From: Candidatus Sericytochromatia bacterium
GTDB taxonomy: Bacteria; Cyanobacteriota; Sericytochromatia; S15B-MN24; JAQBPE01
Assembly (NCBI GenBank): GCA_035285125.1
Contig: JAYKHR010000131.1
Coordinates: forward strand, 1 to 30,694
DNA: 30,694 nt
Direction of reading: 5' to 3'
The position numbers and the translations under genes were made by a program. This document shows positions 16,255 to 24,433 of this stretch, piece after piece (within the stretch, counting starts at the first letter, position 1; the number at the start of each line of letters is the position of its first letter). Below the pieces are notes generated by a model, which was not told the DNA's origin, did not search any database, and saw only the letters and a program-made list of their open reading frames with translations.

Positions 16255-18073
16255 ATGACCCACCCCGCCCGTCACCTCGCCCTCCTCGCTGTGCTGGCCG
16301 CCCTCGGCTGCCAGGCCGTGGGGCCCGCGCCCGTGCAGCCCCGGCCGCGCGCGACCAGCCGGGCGGCGGCGCTGACGGAGGTCACGGGCCAGGTCCGGCT
16401 GCCGGCGCGCCTCATCGGGGTGGACGGCGGCACCCTGATCGGGATCGATGGCGGCTCCTTGATCGGCGTCGACGGGGGCAGCCTCGTCGGGGTGGACGGT
16501 GGCACGCTGGCGGGCCCGCGGGCGCGCCGGCTGCTGGCGGTGGGGGAGCCTGAGCGGCCGCTCTCGGGGGCACGCGTGTTCCTGGCGGACCCGATGGGCC
16601 GGGCGCTGCCGGGCCTGCCGCCGGTGCGGACGGATGGCGGGGGCCAGTTCTCGCTGCGGCGGGTGCCGGCTGGGCTGACGTACGTGGTGGTGGTGGAGGC
16701 GCCGACGCGGGCCGGCAAGGTGGCCCGGCTGACCAGCCTGGCCTCGACGCACGCGGGGGCGGCTGTGGTGCGGGTGGGGCTGGGCTCGACGATGGTGACG
16801 GCGGCCATGGTGGCGGACCCGGCCAGGGGGATGGGGCGGGTGGACAACGGGGCCCTGCAGGCCATGGCGATGCAGGTCGAGCAGCAACTGGACCTGGCGA
16901 AGCTGCCGGACATGACGGACGCGACGGCCGTGAAGGAGGCCGCTCAGGCGCTGATGGCCTCGGACCCGGCGCTGCAGCGGCAGGCCGCGACGATGCAGCA
17001 GGCGCTCGGGGAGGCTGCGATGGCCCCGCAGGCGATGGCCCAGGCCGTCGAGCAAGAGCTCGCCGTGGCGGCCGATGCCGAGGCCTCGGGTGGGGTGCCG
17101 CCTGCCAGCCCCCTGCCCAGCGACCCTGCCGGGCAGGCCTCCGGCGTCGTCGCCACGCCGACGCCTGCCGAAAGCGCCCGTGCGGCGAGCTACGACCACA
17201 GCATCCTCTTCGGCAGCCGTGGCGTGGCCAGGCCCCCCAGGCTCCTTCAACGAGTACCAGCTCAGCGGCCCGTGGGGCTTGGCCTACGTTGCTCCCGGCC
17301 ACCTGCTCGTCACGGAGCCGGACAACAAGTCCGTGGTGGAGGTGAAGGTCGGACGGACCATCAACCTGCCCGTGTCCCTCTATGCCGGTGACAATGTTCC
17401 CCGTGCGGTGCTTCGCGCCAGCAGTGGCCTGCTTGGTGTCACCTATGTGGCCTTCGATGGCAGCTGGCTGCAGCGGGACTCGCTGGCCTGGCCTTCGTCC
17501 TCCTTTACCTTCGCCGAGCCGGCCGGTCTTGCGGCAACCGAGGCCGGGCTGCTGTACGTGGCGGACGCCCAGCGACACCGCCTATACCGGGTGGAGGCCT
17601 CGGGCGTCCTGAGCACCTTTGCTGGCACCGAGCAGCAGGGGCATGCCGATGGCCTCCCAGGCCGGGCCATGTTCAGCGCCCCCCACGGCCTGGTCTGGGT
17701 GCCGAACCGCGGGCTGTACGTCGCGGACCGGGACAACCACTGCCTCCGCCTGATCAAGACGGGGGCGGGATCGGAGGAGGTGTCCACCTTCGTCGGCAGC
17801 CCGGGGACGTCCGGGAGCCAGGACGGCAAGGGCCGCGCGGCCCTGTTCGACAAGCCCCATGGCGTCGCCGCCGACACCGCGGGCAACCTGTACGTCACGG
17901 ACACCAACAACAAGCGCGTCTGCCGGGTCACGCCGGACGGGACGGTCACGACCATCTCGAAGGTGGACCAGTTCGAGGTCCCCGTGGGCATCGCCGTGGA
18001 GCCGGATGGCTCGAAGGTTTACGTGGCTGACCGCAACACCCACTGCATCCACGTCCTGACGCGGGTGCCTTGA
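16255..18073 (+). pseudogene. Octapeptide-repeat / Ig-like / NHL lipoprotein (paralog 3) interrupted by a +1 frameshift near 17230-17240 (605 aa if restored)
   Basis: Frame 1 (16255-17391) gives lipobox LGC, repeats and the paralog-2-like module. The +1 frame (to 18073) gives NHL blades. Removing one base joins ILFGSRGVA to (G/R)PPGSFNEYQLSGPWGLA. It could be a true lesion, slippage/recoding, or a sequencing error. Confidence 0.75.
16411..16506 (+). repeat. 24-bp coding tandem repeat x4 (L[IV]G[VI]DGG[ST])
   Basis: Peptide is conserved while the DNA copies are synonymously diverged. Confidence 0.9.
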
Positions 18074-18076
18074 GGG

Positions 18077-18103
18077 GCAAGGGTCCGTGGGCTTGCGGCC
18101 CTT
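18077..18103. terminator. Imperfect hairpin between convergent genes
   Basis: CAAGGG-T-CCGTGGGCTTGCGG-CCCTTG in the 43-bp gap, with no U tract. Coordinates approximate. Confidence 0.3.
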
Positions 18104-18116
18104 GGGGCCAGACCCC

Positions 18117-21107
18117 TCAGTCCAGCGCCGCGTTCGGCACCAGCTTGATCTGGTTGTTCAGGGCGTCGGCGATGATCAGGCGGCCGTCGGCGTCCACGGC
18201 GAGGCCGAGGGGCAGGCCGAGCACCTGGTCGCCGCGCGTCTCCGTCAGCACGCGCCCGCCCGGCCCCGCGATGGTGGTCACGGGCAGGCCTGGGGCCGAG
18301 AGGTCGATGCGCCGGATGCGCGCGGGCACGAGCGGCAGGCCGGCGGGGATCTGGCTGGTGCCGAGGCCGTTGATCAAGGAGGTGAGGCGCACCGTGCCCC
18401 CCTCCACGAGGTAGAGCCGGTTCTTGGCGTCGCGGTAGAGCCCGGCCGGCGCGATGAGGGGCTGGCCCGCGAGCGGCAGGCCGGAGGCGGGTGGCTCGGT
18501 GCCCGTCGCCAGGGCCAGCAGGGTGCCCCCGAGCCCGAGCCCCCCGATGGTGCGGATGGTGGGCGGCTGGGCCTTGAGGTCCACCGTCCGCAGCTTGAAG
18601 TTGAGGGAGTCCGTCACGTACAGGGCCCCCGCCTGGTCGAAGGCCAGGCCCGTGGGGAAGTTGAGGCGTGCGTCGCCGGCCGGCCCGTCGTCGCCGGCGT
18701 CGCTGCCCGCGCCGTAGGTGGCGGGCGTCTTGCCCACCACGGCCTCGACCTGGTTGGCGGCCGTCAGGCGGCACACGACGTTGAAGCCCTGGTCGACCCA
18801 GTAGGGGCGGTCGTCGGGGCCGATCGCGAGCGCGGTCGGCCGGCCGAGCTGCACCTCCCGGGCGGGCTGGCCGGCCGGGTCGAAGGTGAGCGCCTGGCCC
18901 GACATGTCGGGCGACTTGCCCGTGCCCGCCATATGGAACATGGCCCCGTCGGGCGTGACCTTGAGGATCCGCGGGTTGCTGCTCTCCGCGATCCAGAGGT
19001 TGCCGGCCTTGTCGTAGGCCACGGCGGCCGGCCCCACGAGCCCGGCCGCGAGGGCGGGCCCGCCGTCGGTCCAGGCCGCCGTGCGCCCACCCGCCAGCAC
19101 CGTCACCTGGCCGTTCGCAAGCTGCTTCACGACGCTGCCGCCGGCCTCCGCGAACACCAGGCGCTTGCCGTCTGCGGCCATCGTCAGGCCGGCGGGCGCG
19201 TTCACGGCGATCGCCTGGGCGGCCCCTGCCGCCTGCATGCCCACGGCGCCCGCGAAGGCGGCGAGGGGCGCCTCGGGCTTGGCCGGGTCGAGCACGCGAA
19301 CGAGCATGTGGCCCGAGTCCACCACCAGCAGCCGGCCATCCGGCAGCGCGGCGAGGCCGTAGGGCCGGCGCAGCATGGCGGCCTCGGCCTCCAGGCTCTG
19401 GAAGACCAGGCCCTCGTCCCTGTTGTCTCCGGGCTCGCCCGGCCCCGTCAGCTTGGCGGCGGTGCCGTCTGCCGCCAGGCGCAGCACGCGATCGCCGCCC
19501 GACTCCGTGAGGTACACGCCGCCGCCGGGGGCCGGCAGCAGGCGCGCGTTGAAGCCGAGGTTCAGGGTGGGGCCCACGGGCACGGGCTCGCTGGCGGAGG
19601 CTGCGAGCCGCAGCACCTTGCCCTTGAGGCCCGTCGTCGCCACCCACACGGCCCCGTCCGCGGTCGCGGTGACGCCGCTGAAGCCGCCGTCCGGGCCCGT
19701 CGCGAGGCGCCGCAGCACGCCGTCCTTGCCGATGGCGAGCAGCCGCGGCGAGAAGCTCTTGTTGACGGCCTCCTCCGTCAGGTAGATGGTGCCGTCGGCG
19801 CCCAGGGCCACGCCCGTCGGGCCTGCGAGGCCAGCCTGGGTGGCGGGGCCACCCTCGCCGGCCTGGCCGGCGCTGCCCGTGCCCGCGACGACCTGCACCT
19901 TGCCCTGGGCCGTGAGGCGCACCAGCCGGTGGGCGCTGCGCTCGACCACGAGCAGGCCGCCGTCCGGCTCGGCGGCGAGGTCGCTGATGGCCTCGAAGGT
20001 GGCGTCGGCGGCCGCGATGCCGTCGCGGACGCTGCCCGTCAGGTCGTCGCCCGCGAGCACCGAGACGGCCCCGTCCGGCGTGATCTTGCGGATGCGTCCC
20101 GCCACGCTCTCCGCGACGTAGGTGTTGCCGGCGGCGTCGCGGGCCACGGCCACGGGCAGCGCGAGGGGCACCTGGGTGGCCTGCAGGCCCTGGCCCAGGT
20201 TCGCCTGCCCGACGAGCAGGATCGCCTTGATGCGCTCGAGCGTGTCGTCGAGGGGCTTGGCCTGCGTGCGCAGCTTGGCGAGGGCGGCGGCCATCCGGTC
20301 CGGCCTGTAGGCGGGCACCTCGGCCGGCAGCAGGGCGCGGGCCTCCTCGACCTCCTTGCGCAGCAGCGTGTTCTCCCGCGCGGGCAGGCGGTCGAGCACC
20401 GTTTGCTGCTGCTTGACGTACTCGCCAAGGACGTAGGCGGCCGCGAGCGAGGCCGAGGTGTCGAGGTCCACGGCGGCGGGGCCGCCGGCCCCCTTGTTCG
20501 CCACGAGGGCGCGCAGCTCGCCGTCGTCGCCCGCGAGCTTGGGGTTCAGCCGCACGCGCAGCACCACGTTCTCGTCGGGCAAGGTGGCCTTCAGCTGGTA
20601 GCGCCCCTCGGCGTCGCTGGTGGCCGTGAGCGGCTGGCCGTCCTGGTCGACGAGGACGCGGCCGGCCGCGTCGAGCACCTCCACCACGGCGTCGGCGAGC
20701 AGGTCCTCCTTCAGGCGGCCCTGCTGGCGCAGCCCGTAGAACTTCGTCTTGCCGAGCATCGAGCCCGAGTTGTTCGAGAGGATGCGGCCGGACTCCGGCG
20801 AGATCACCGCCCCGCCGGCGTCGGAGATCAGGGCGCCGCCGGCGTCCGAGATCAGCGAGCCGCCCGCGTCGGACACCAGCTTGACCTTGCCTGACAGGTC
20901 CCGCAAGATGCCTGTCTCGATCCGTCGCGTCAGGCCGGTGGCCGGTAGCGTCGGGGCCTTGCTGGCCGCCTGCGTGGGGGCCTTGGTGGCCGTGCCGCGC
21001 CCGGTCGTGGGGCGGCTGGGAGCAGGGCCCGGCGCCTGGGTGGTGCAGGCTGGCAGCGCCAGCAGCGTGGCGAGCGTGAGGGACAGGAGTGGGCGGGGTG
21101 CGGGCAT
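18117..21107 (-). CDS. Octapeptide-repeat / Ig-like / NHL-repeat (teneurin-NHL-like) lipoprotein (paralog 4), 996 aa
   Basis: ATG at 21107 follows GAGGT. Lipobox LPAC, LISDAGG(S/A) repeats, DAVVEVLDAAG...TSDAEG domain, and many GDxGPAxxAxLxxPxGLAFD blades. Confidence 0.85.
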   Translation of the reverse strand: MPAPRPLLSLTLATLLALPACTTQAPGPAPSRPTTGRGTATKAPTQAASKAPTLPATGLTRRIETGILRDLSGKVKLVSDAGGSLISDAGGALISDAGGAVISPESGRILSNNSGSMLGKTKFYGLRQQGRLKEDLLADAVVEVLDAAGRVLVDQDGQPLTATSDAEGRYQLKATLPDENVVLRVRLNPKLAGDDGELRALVANKGAGGPAAVDLDTSASLAAAYVLGEYVKQQQTVLDRLPARENTLLRKEVEEARALLPAEVPAYRPDRMAAALAKLRTQAKPLDDTLERIKAILLVGQANLGQGLQATQVPLALPVAVARDAAGNTYVAESVAGRIRKITPDGAVSVLAGDDLTGSVRDGIAAADATFEAISDLAAEPDGGLLVVERSAHRLVRLTAQGKVQVVAGTGSAGQAGEGGPATQAGLAGPTGVALGADGTIYLTEEAVNKSFSPRLLAIGKDGVLRRLATGPDGGFSGVTATADGAVWVATTGLKGKVLRLAASASEPVPVGPTLNLGFNARLLPAPGGGVYLTESGGDRVLRLAADGTAAKLTGPGEPGDNRDEGLVFQSLEAEAAMLRRPYGLAALPDGRLLVVDSGHMLVRVLDPAKPEAPLAAFAGAVGMQAAGAAQAIAVNAPAGLTMAADGKRLVFAEAGGSVVKQLANGQVTVLAGGRTAAWTDGGPALAAGLVGPAAVAYDKAGNLWIAESSNPRILKVTPDGAMFHMAGTGKSPDMSGQALTFDPAGQPAREVQLGRPTALAIGPDDRPYWVDQGFNVVCRLTAANQVEAVVGKTPATYGAGSDAGDDGPAGDARLNFPTGLAFDQAGALYVTDSLNFKLRTVDLKAQPPTIRTIGGLGLGGTLLALATGTEPPASGLPLAGQPLIAPAGLYRDAKNRLYLVEGGTVRLTSLINGLGTSQIPAGLPLVPARIRRIDLSAPGLPVTTIAGPGGRVLTETRGDQVLGLPLGLAVDADGRLIIADALNNQIKLVPNAALD
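20760..20879 (-). repeat. 24-bp coding tandem repeat, 3 good + 2 degenerate units (LVSDAGGS LISDAGGA LISDAGGA VISPESGR ILSNNSGS)
   Basis: Period of 8 aa, seen in both translation and DNA. Confidence 0.85.
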
Positions 21108-21165
21108 GAGACCTCGGGCCGGCAGGGACCTGCCAGTAGTTGTACCCGGAAAGGAGCGGAGCGTG

Positions 21166-23646
21166 ATGGGGCAGAGGCGCCAAGAGGGGGCACGACGGGG
21201 CGGGGCCGTGGGGCCGCTCGCCCTGCTGGCGGCCATCGCAGCTGCGGGGCCCGGGCTTGCCGCGCCTTCGCCCGCGCCGGCCGCCGCGACGGAGGTCCGC
21301 CTGGTGCTCGCGACGGGGCACGTGCTGGCCGTCTCGCCGCTCGGGCGCTGGGAGCTGCGGGACCCGGTCGGCAAGCGCCTGCTCGCGAGCGACGCCGAGG
21401 CGCCCGTGCGGCTCGGCCGGGGCCGGCTGGAGGTCTCGCACCTCTTCGGCACCTTCCGCTTTCACCTGCCTGCGCCCGCCTGGCGGGTGCCCGGGGGGCC
21501 CGTGCGGGTTGGCCGGGATGCCGGTGGGGGCCTGTGGCTGGAGCAGGGCGAGGCCACGTGGCGCTTTTCGCGCGTGGGGCCGGCGACCCTGCGGGTGGCG
21601 GTGGCCGCCCGGGCGCCCGGCACCAGCCGGCTGGCCCTCGGCCTGCGGGTGGATCCGCGCGACCGTTGCTTCGGCTTCGGGTCGCGCACCAACGCCAGCC
21701 ACCAGGCCGGCCGGCGCGTCGAGAACTGGGTGCAGGAGGGCGGCAACGGCAAGACCGACCGGCCGGTCTTCGGCATCTCGAACCACCCGACGGCCTCGCA
21801 TGTGCCCGTTCCCTTCTGCCTGAGCACGGCCGGCTTCGGGGTGACGATCGAGGGGGCGCGGCGCTCCACGTGGGACGTCGGGCTCGACCGCCCCTCGGGG
21901 CTAGGCGTCACGGTCGAGGGTGATCGCGCGGCGTTGCTGCTCGATGTGGGGCCCACGCCCGCCGCGATCCTGCAGCTGCACACGGCCCGCATTGGGCGCC
22001 CCACGATGCCCCCTCTCTGGGCCTTCGGGCCCACGGAGTTCGGCAAGGGCGGCACCGACGCCGTCTGGCGCAAGGCGCGGATGCTGCGCGAGGCCGGCGT
22101 GCCCGCGTCCGCGATCTGGTACGAGGACTGGGTCGGGCTTCAGCACGGCCCGCTGCCGGGCCTCACGCACCTGCCCTGGGGCCGCTGGGTGGTGGACCCC
22201 GCCCACTACCCCGACGTGGGCGGCCTCAACGCGCGCCTGGAGGCCCTGGGCTTCAAGTCGCTCGGCTACTTCAACCCCTTCTTGAGCGACGGCGACCCCC
22301 ACGCCCGCGAGGCCTTCGAGCAGGGCTACGCGCTGAAGGACGCCGCTGGCCGGACGGTGTTTTCGCCCGGCCCGTTCGGGATGGTCGCCCACCTCGACCC
22401 CACCCACCCGGGGGCCCGCCGCTGGGCGTTCGAGCGCCTCGCGGCCTTCGAGCGGCTCGGCTTCGACGGGGCCATGGTGGACTTCGGCGAGTGGGTGCCG
22501 CCGGAGGCGCGCTTCGCGGACGGGTCAACGGGCTGGGAGCAGCACAACCGCTACCCGGACCTGTGGGCCGGGCTGCACCGGGCCTTCTGGGACCAGGCCC
22601 GCCCTGACGGCGACTTCGTGTTCTACACCCGGGCCGGCTGGACGGGCGCCGCGCGCGCGGCGACGTACATGTGGGCGGGGGACCAGAACACCGACTGGGG
22701 CGACGACGACGGCTTCCCCACGGCCCTGCGCGCCATCTTGTCGGCGGGGCTCTCCGGCGTGCCGCTCATGACCCATGACGTCGCGGGCTTCGCCACCCTG
22801 GGTGATCGCGGCGTCACCAAGGAGCTCTACCACCGCTGGGTGGCGTTCGGGGCCTTCAGCACCTTCATGCGCACGCACTCGGGCCAGAAGTTCAGCCTCA
22901 ACTGGCGCCTCGACTCCGACCCGGAGACCCTGGCGCACCACCGGCGCTACGCCCGGGCCCACATGGCGCTGCTGCCCTACCGCCGCGCGGTGGTGCGGGA
23001 GGCCGTGGCGTTGGGCCTGCCGGCGATGCGGCACATGTGGCTGGCCTTCCCCGAGGCCCGCGAGGCGCGGGACATCGAGGATGCTTACATGCTGGGCCCC
23101 GAGCTGCTCGTGGCGCCCGTGATGGTGCCTGGCGCCACCAGCCGGCGCGTGTGGCTGCCGCCGGGCGGCTGGGTCGACTGGTGGACGGGGCGCCGCGAGC
23201 CCGGCGGCGGGTGGCTGGAGGTGCCAGCCCCCCGGGACGTGCTGCCGGTGTGGGTGCGCGCGGGGGCCGTCGTGCCCGTCTGGCCGGAGTCCGTGATGAC
23301 GGCCTTGCCGGGGGCTGACCCGGCCGTGCCCGGCCCCGCCTCGGTGGCGGGCACCCTGCAGGTGCGCCTCTTCGCGGGGCCGGCCCGGCGCTTCACGCTG
23401 GCGGACGGCACGCGGCTCCACCACCTGCCCCCCGCGGGGGTGGGGGCCGCAGCCACCCCCCGGGCCGCCACCCTCGACGGCCGGCCCATCGCCCTCAGGC
23501 GCGAGGGCCGGGCCTGGGTGGCGCGAGGCGAGGCGGCGGGCTCGGAGGCCCTGCTGGAGGTCGACACGGTGGCCGGCCCCTGGCGCCTGCGCGTGGAGGG
23601 GGCGCCAGGGCCCATCGGGAAGCTCGTCGCGCGCCTCGAGCCCTGA
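21166..23646 (+). CDS. Secreted glycoside hydrolase family 31, YihQ/sulfoquinovosidase-like subgroup, about 826 aa
   Basis: AAGGAG...GGAG RBS and Sec-like signal peptide. Motifs PPLWAFG, AIWYEDWVG, AMVDFGE (nucleophile), HNRYP, WAGDQNTDW (acid/base), HDVAGF, MRTH, YMLGPELLVAPV. Confidence 0.9.
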   Translation: MGQRRQEGARRGGAVGPLALLAAIAAAGPGLAAPSPAPAAATEVRLVLATGHVLAVSPLGRWELRDPVGKRLLASDAEAPVRLGRGRLEVSHLFGTFRFHLPAPAWRVPGGPVRVGRDAGGGLWLEQGEATWRFSRVGPATLRVAVAARAPGTSRLALGLRVDPRDRCFGFGSRTNASHQAGRRVENWVQEGGNGKTDRPVFGISNHPTASHVPVPFCLSTAGFGVTIEGARRSTWDVGLDRPSGLGVTVEGDRAALLLDVGPTPAAILQLHTARIGRPTMPPLWAFGPTEFGKGGTDAVWRKARMLREAGVPASAIWYEDWVGLQHGPLPGLTHLPWGRWVVDPAHYPDVGGLNARLEALGFKSLGYFNPFLSDGDPHAREAFEQGYALKDAAGRTVFSPGPFGMVAHLDPTHPGARRWAFERLAAFERLGFDGAMVDFGEWVPPEARFADGSTGWEQHNRYPDLWAGLHRAFWDQARPDGDFVFYTRAGWTGAARAATYMWAGDQNTDWGDDDGFPTALRAILSAGLSGVPLMTHDVAGFATLGDRGVTKELYHRWVAFGAFSTFMRTHSGQKFSLNWRLDSDPETLAHHRRYARAHMALLPYRRAVVREAVALGLPAMRHMWLAFPEAREARDIEDAYMLGPELLVAPVMVPGATSRRVWLPPGGWVDWWTGRREPGGGWLEVPAPRDVLPVWVRAGAVVPVWPESVMTALPGADPAVPGPASVAGTLQVRLFAGPARRFTLADGTRLHHLPPAGVGAAATPRAATLDGRPIALRREGRAWVARGEAAGSEALLEVDTVAGPWRLRVEGAPGPIGKLVARLEP

Positions 23647-23667
23647 GGACCCGGGCAGGCGCACCCG

Positions 23668-24429
23668 TCAGAGCTTGAAGGTGCTGTCCGGGGGCGTCGC
23701 GTCCCAGACGAAGCGCAGGAACTGGAAGGTCACGACGGGTCGCTCGGCCACCATCATGGCCATGGCGACGGGCTGCAGGGTGGCGGGGTCCACCGCGAGC
23801 AGCTCGCGCGTGAGCTCGGTGTCGAGGCGGCGCACGCCCGAGATGGAGACCCAGCTGGCCTTGGGGGCGGCCGGCAGCGCCTTGATTCCCTCCCATGTTG
23901 CGCCGGACGAGGTCAGGCGCTGCAGGTGGGCGATCGGGTGGTTGTCCGTGAAGTAGTGGTTGCGGTTGGTGATGAGGCGGGTGTCGCTCGCCTTCATGGT
24001 GATGGGCACGAGGCCGAGCGCCCCGCCACCCTTGACGCGCACCTGGGTGGGGGAGTTCATCACCAGCACAGAGCCTGCCAGGAAGGCGGTGGTGCTCTCC
24101 AGCACCTGGGCGCGCAGCCGGGTGGGGCTCGCCCAGGTCATCCGCGAGCGGCTGGAGGAGCTGCGCTCCTGCGCGACGCGCTTGCCGCCGTAGTAGCTGC
24201 CCGACGAGCTGGCCTTGACCTCGACCTCGATGCCCGAGGTGCGGGCGAGCCGGTCGCGCAGCTTGGCGAGCAACGCGGGGCCGTCCGGCGCTGGAGCGGC
24301 CGGCTGGCCGGGCGCCGCCGAGGCCCCCGGCGACAGGGAGGGGCGCGCCGGGCGCGGGGTGGCGCCGGACGAGCCGCAGGCGGCGAGCAGCAGGGAGAGC
24401 CCCGTGATGGCGACGATGGCACCACGCAT
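23668..24429 (-). CDS. Lipoprotein, possibly LolA-like fold, 253 aa
   Basis: Lipobox LLAAC, Pro-rich tether, then helix plus beta strands (MTWASPTRLRAQV...LLAVDPATLQPV...VTFQF) reminiscent of LolA/LolB-like carriers. It lies 4 bp downstream of the DUF3370 gene. The fold call is inference. Confidence 0.7.
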   Translation of the reverse strand: MRGAIVAITGLSLLLAACGSSGATPRPARPSLSPGASAAPGQPAAPAPDGPALLAKLRDRLARTSGIEVEVKASSSGSYYGGKRVAQERSSSSRSRMTWASPTRLRAQVLESTTAFLAGSVLVMNSPTQVRVKGGGALGLVPITMKASDTRLITNRNHYFTDNHPIAHLQRLTSSGATWEGIKALPAAPKASWVSISGVRRLDTELTRELLAVDPATLQPVAMAMMVAERPVVTFQFLRFVWDATPPDSTFKL

Positions 24430-24433
24430 GGCG

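Noticed and set aside
14298..16506. Octapeptide repeats as RTX nonapeptides or RiPP cores
   Set aside because: The period is 8, not 9, with no GGxGxDxL consensus. No modifying enzymes, peptidases or ABC exporter are present in the window.
20749..21452. Apparent 5' overlap of GH31 and paralog 4 ORFs
   Set aside because: Artefact of maximal ORF calling. Starts at 21107 (-) and 21166 (+) leave a 58-bp divergent intergenic region.
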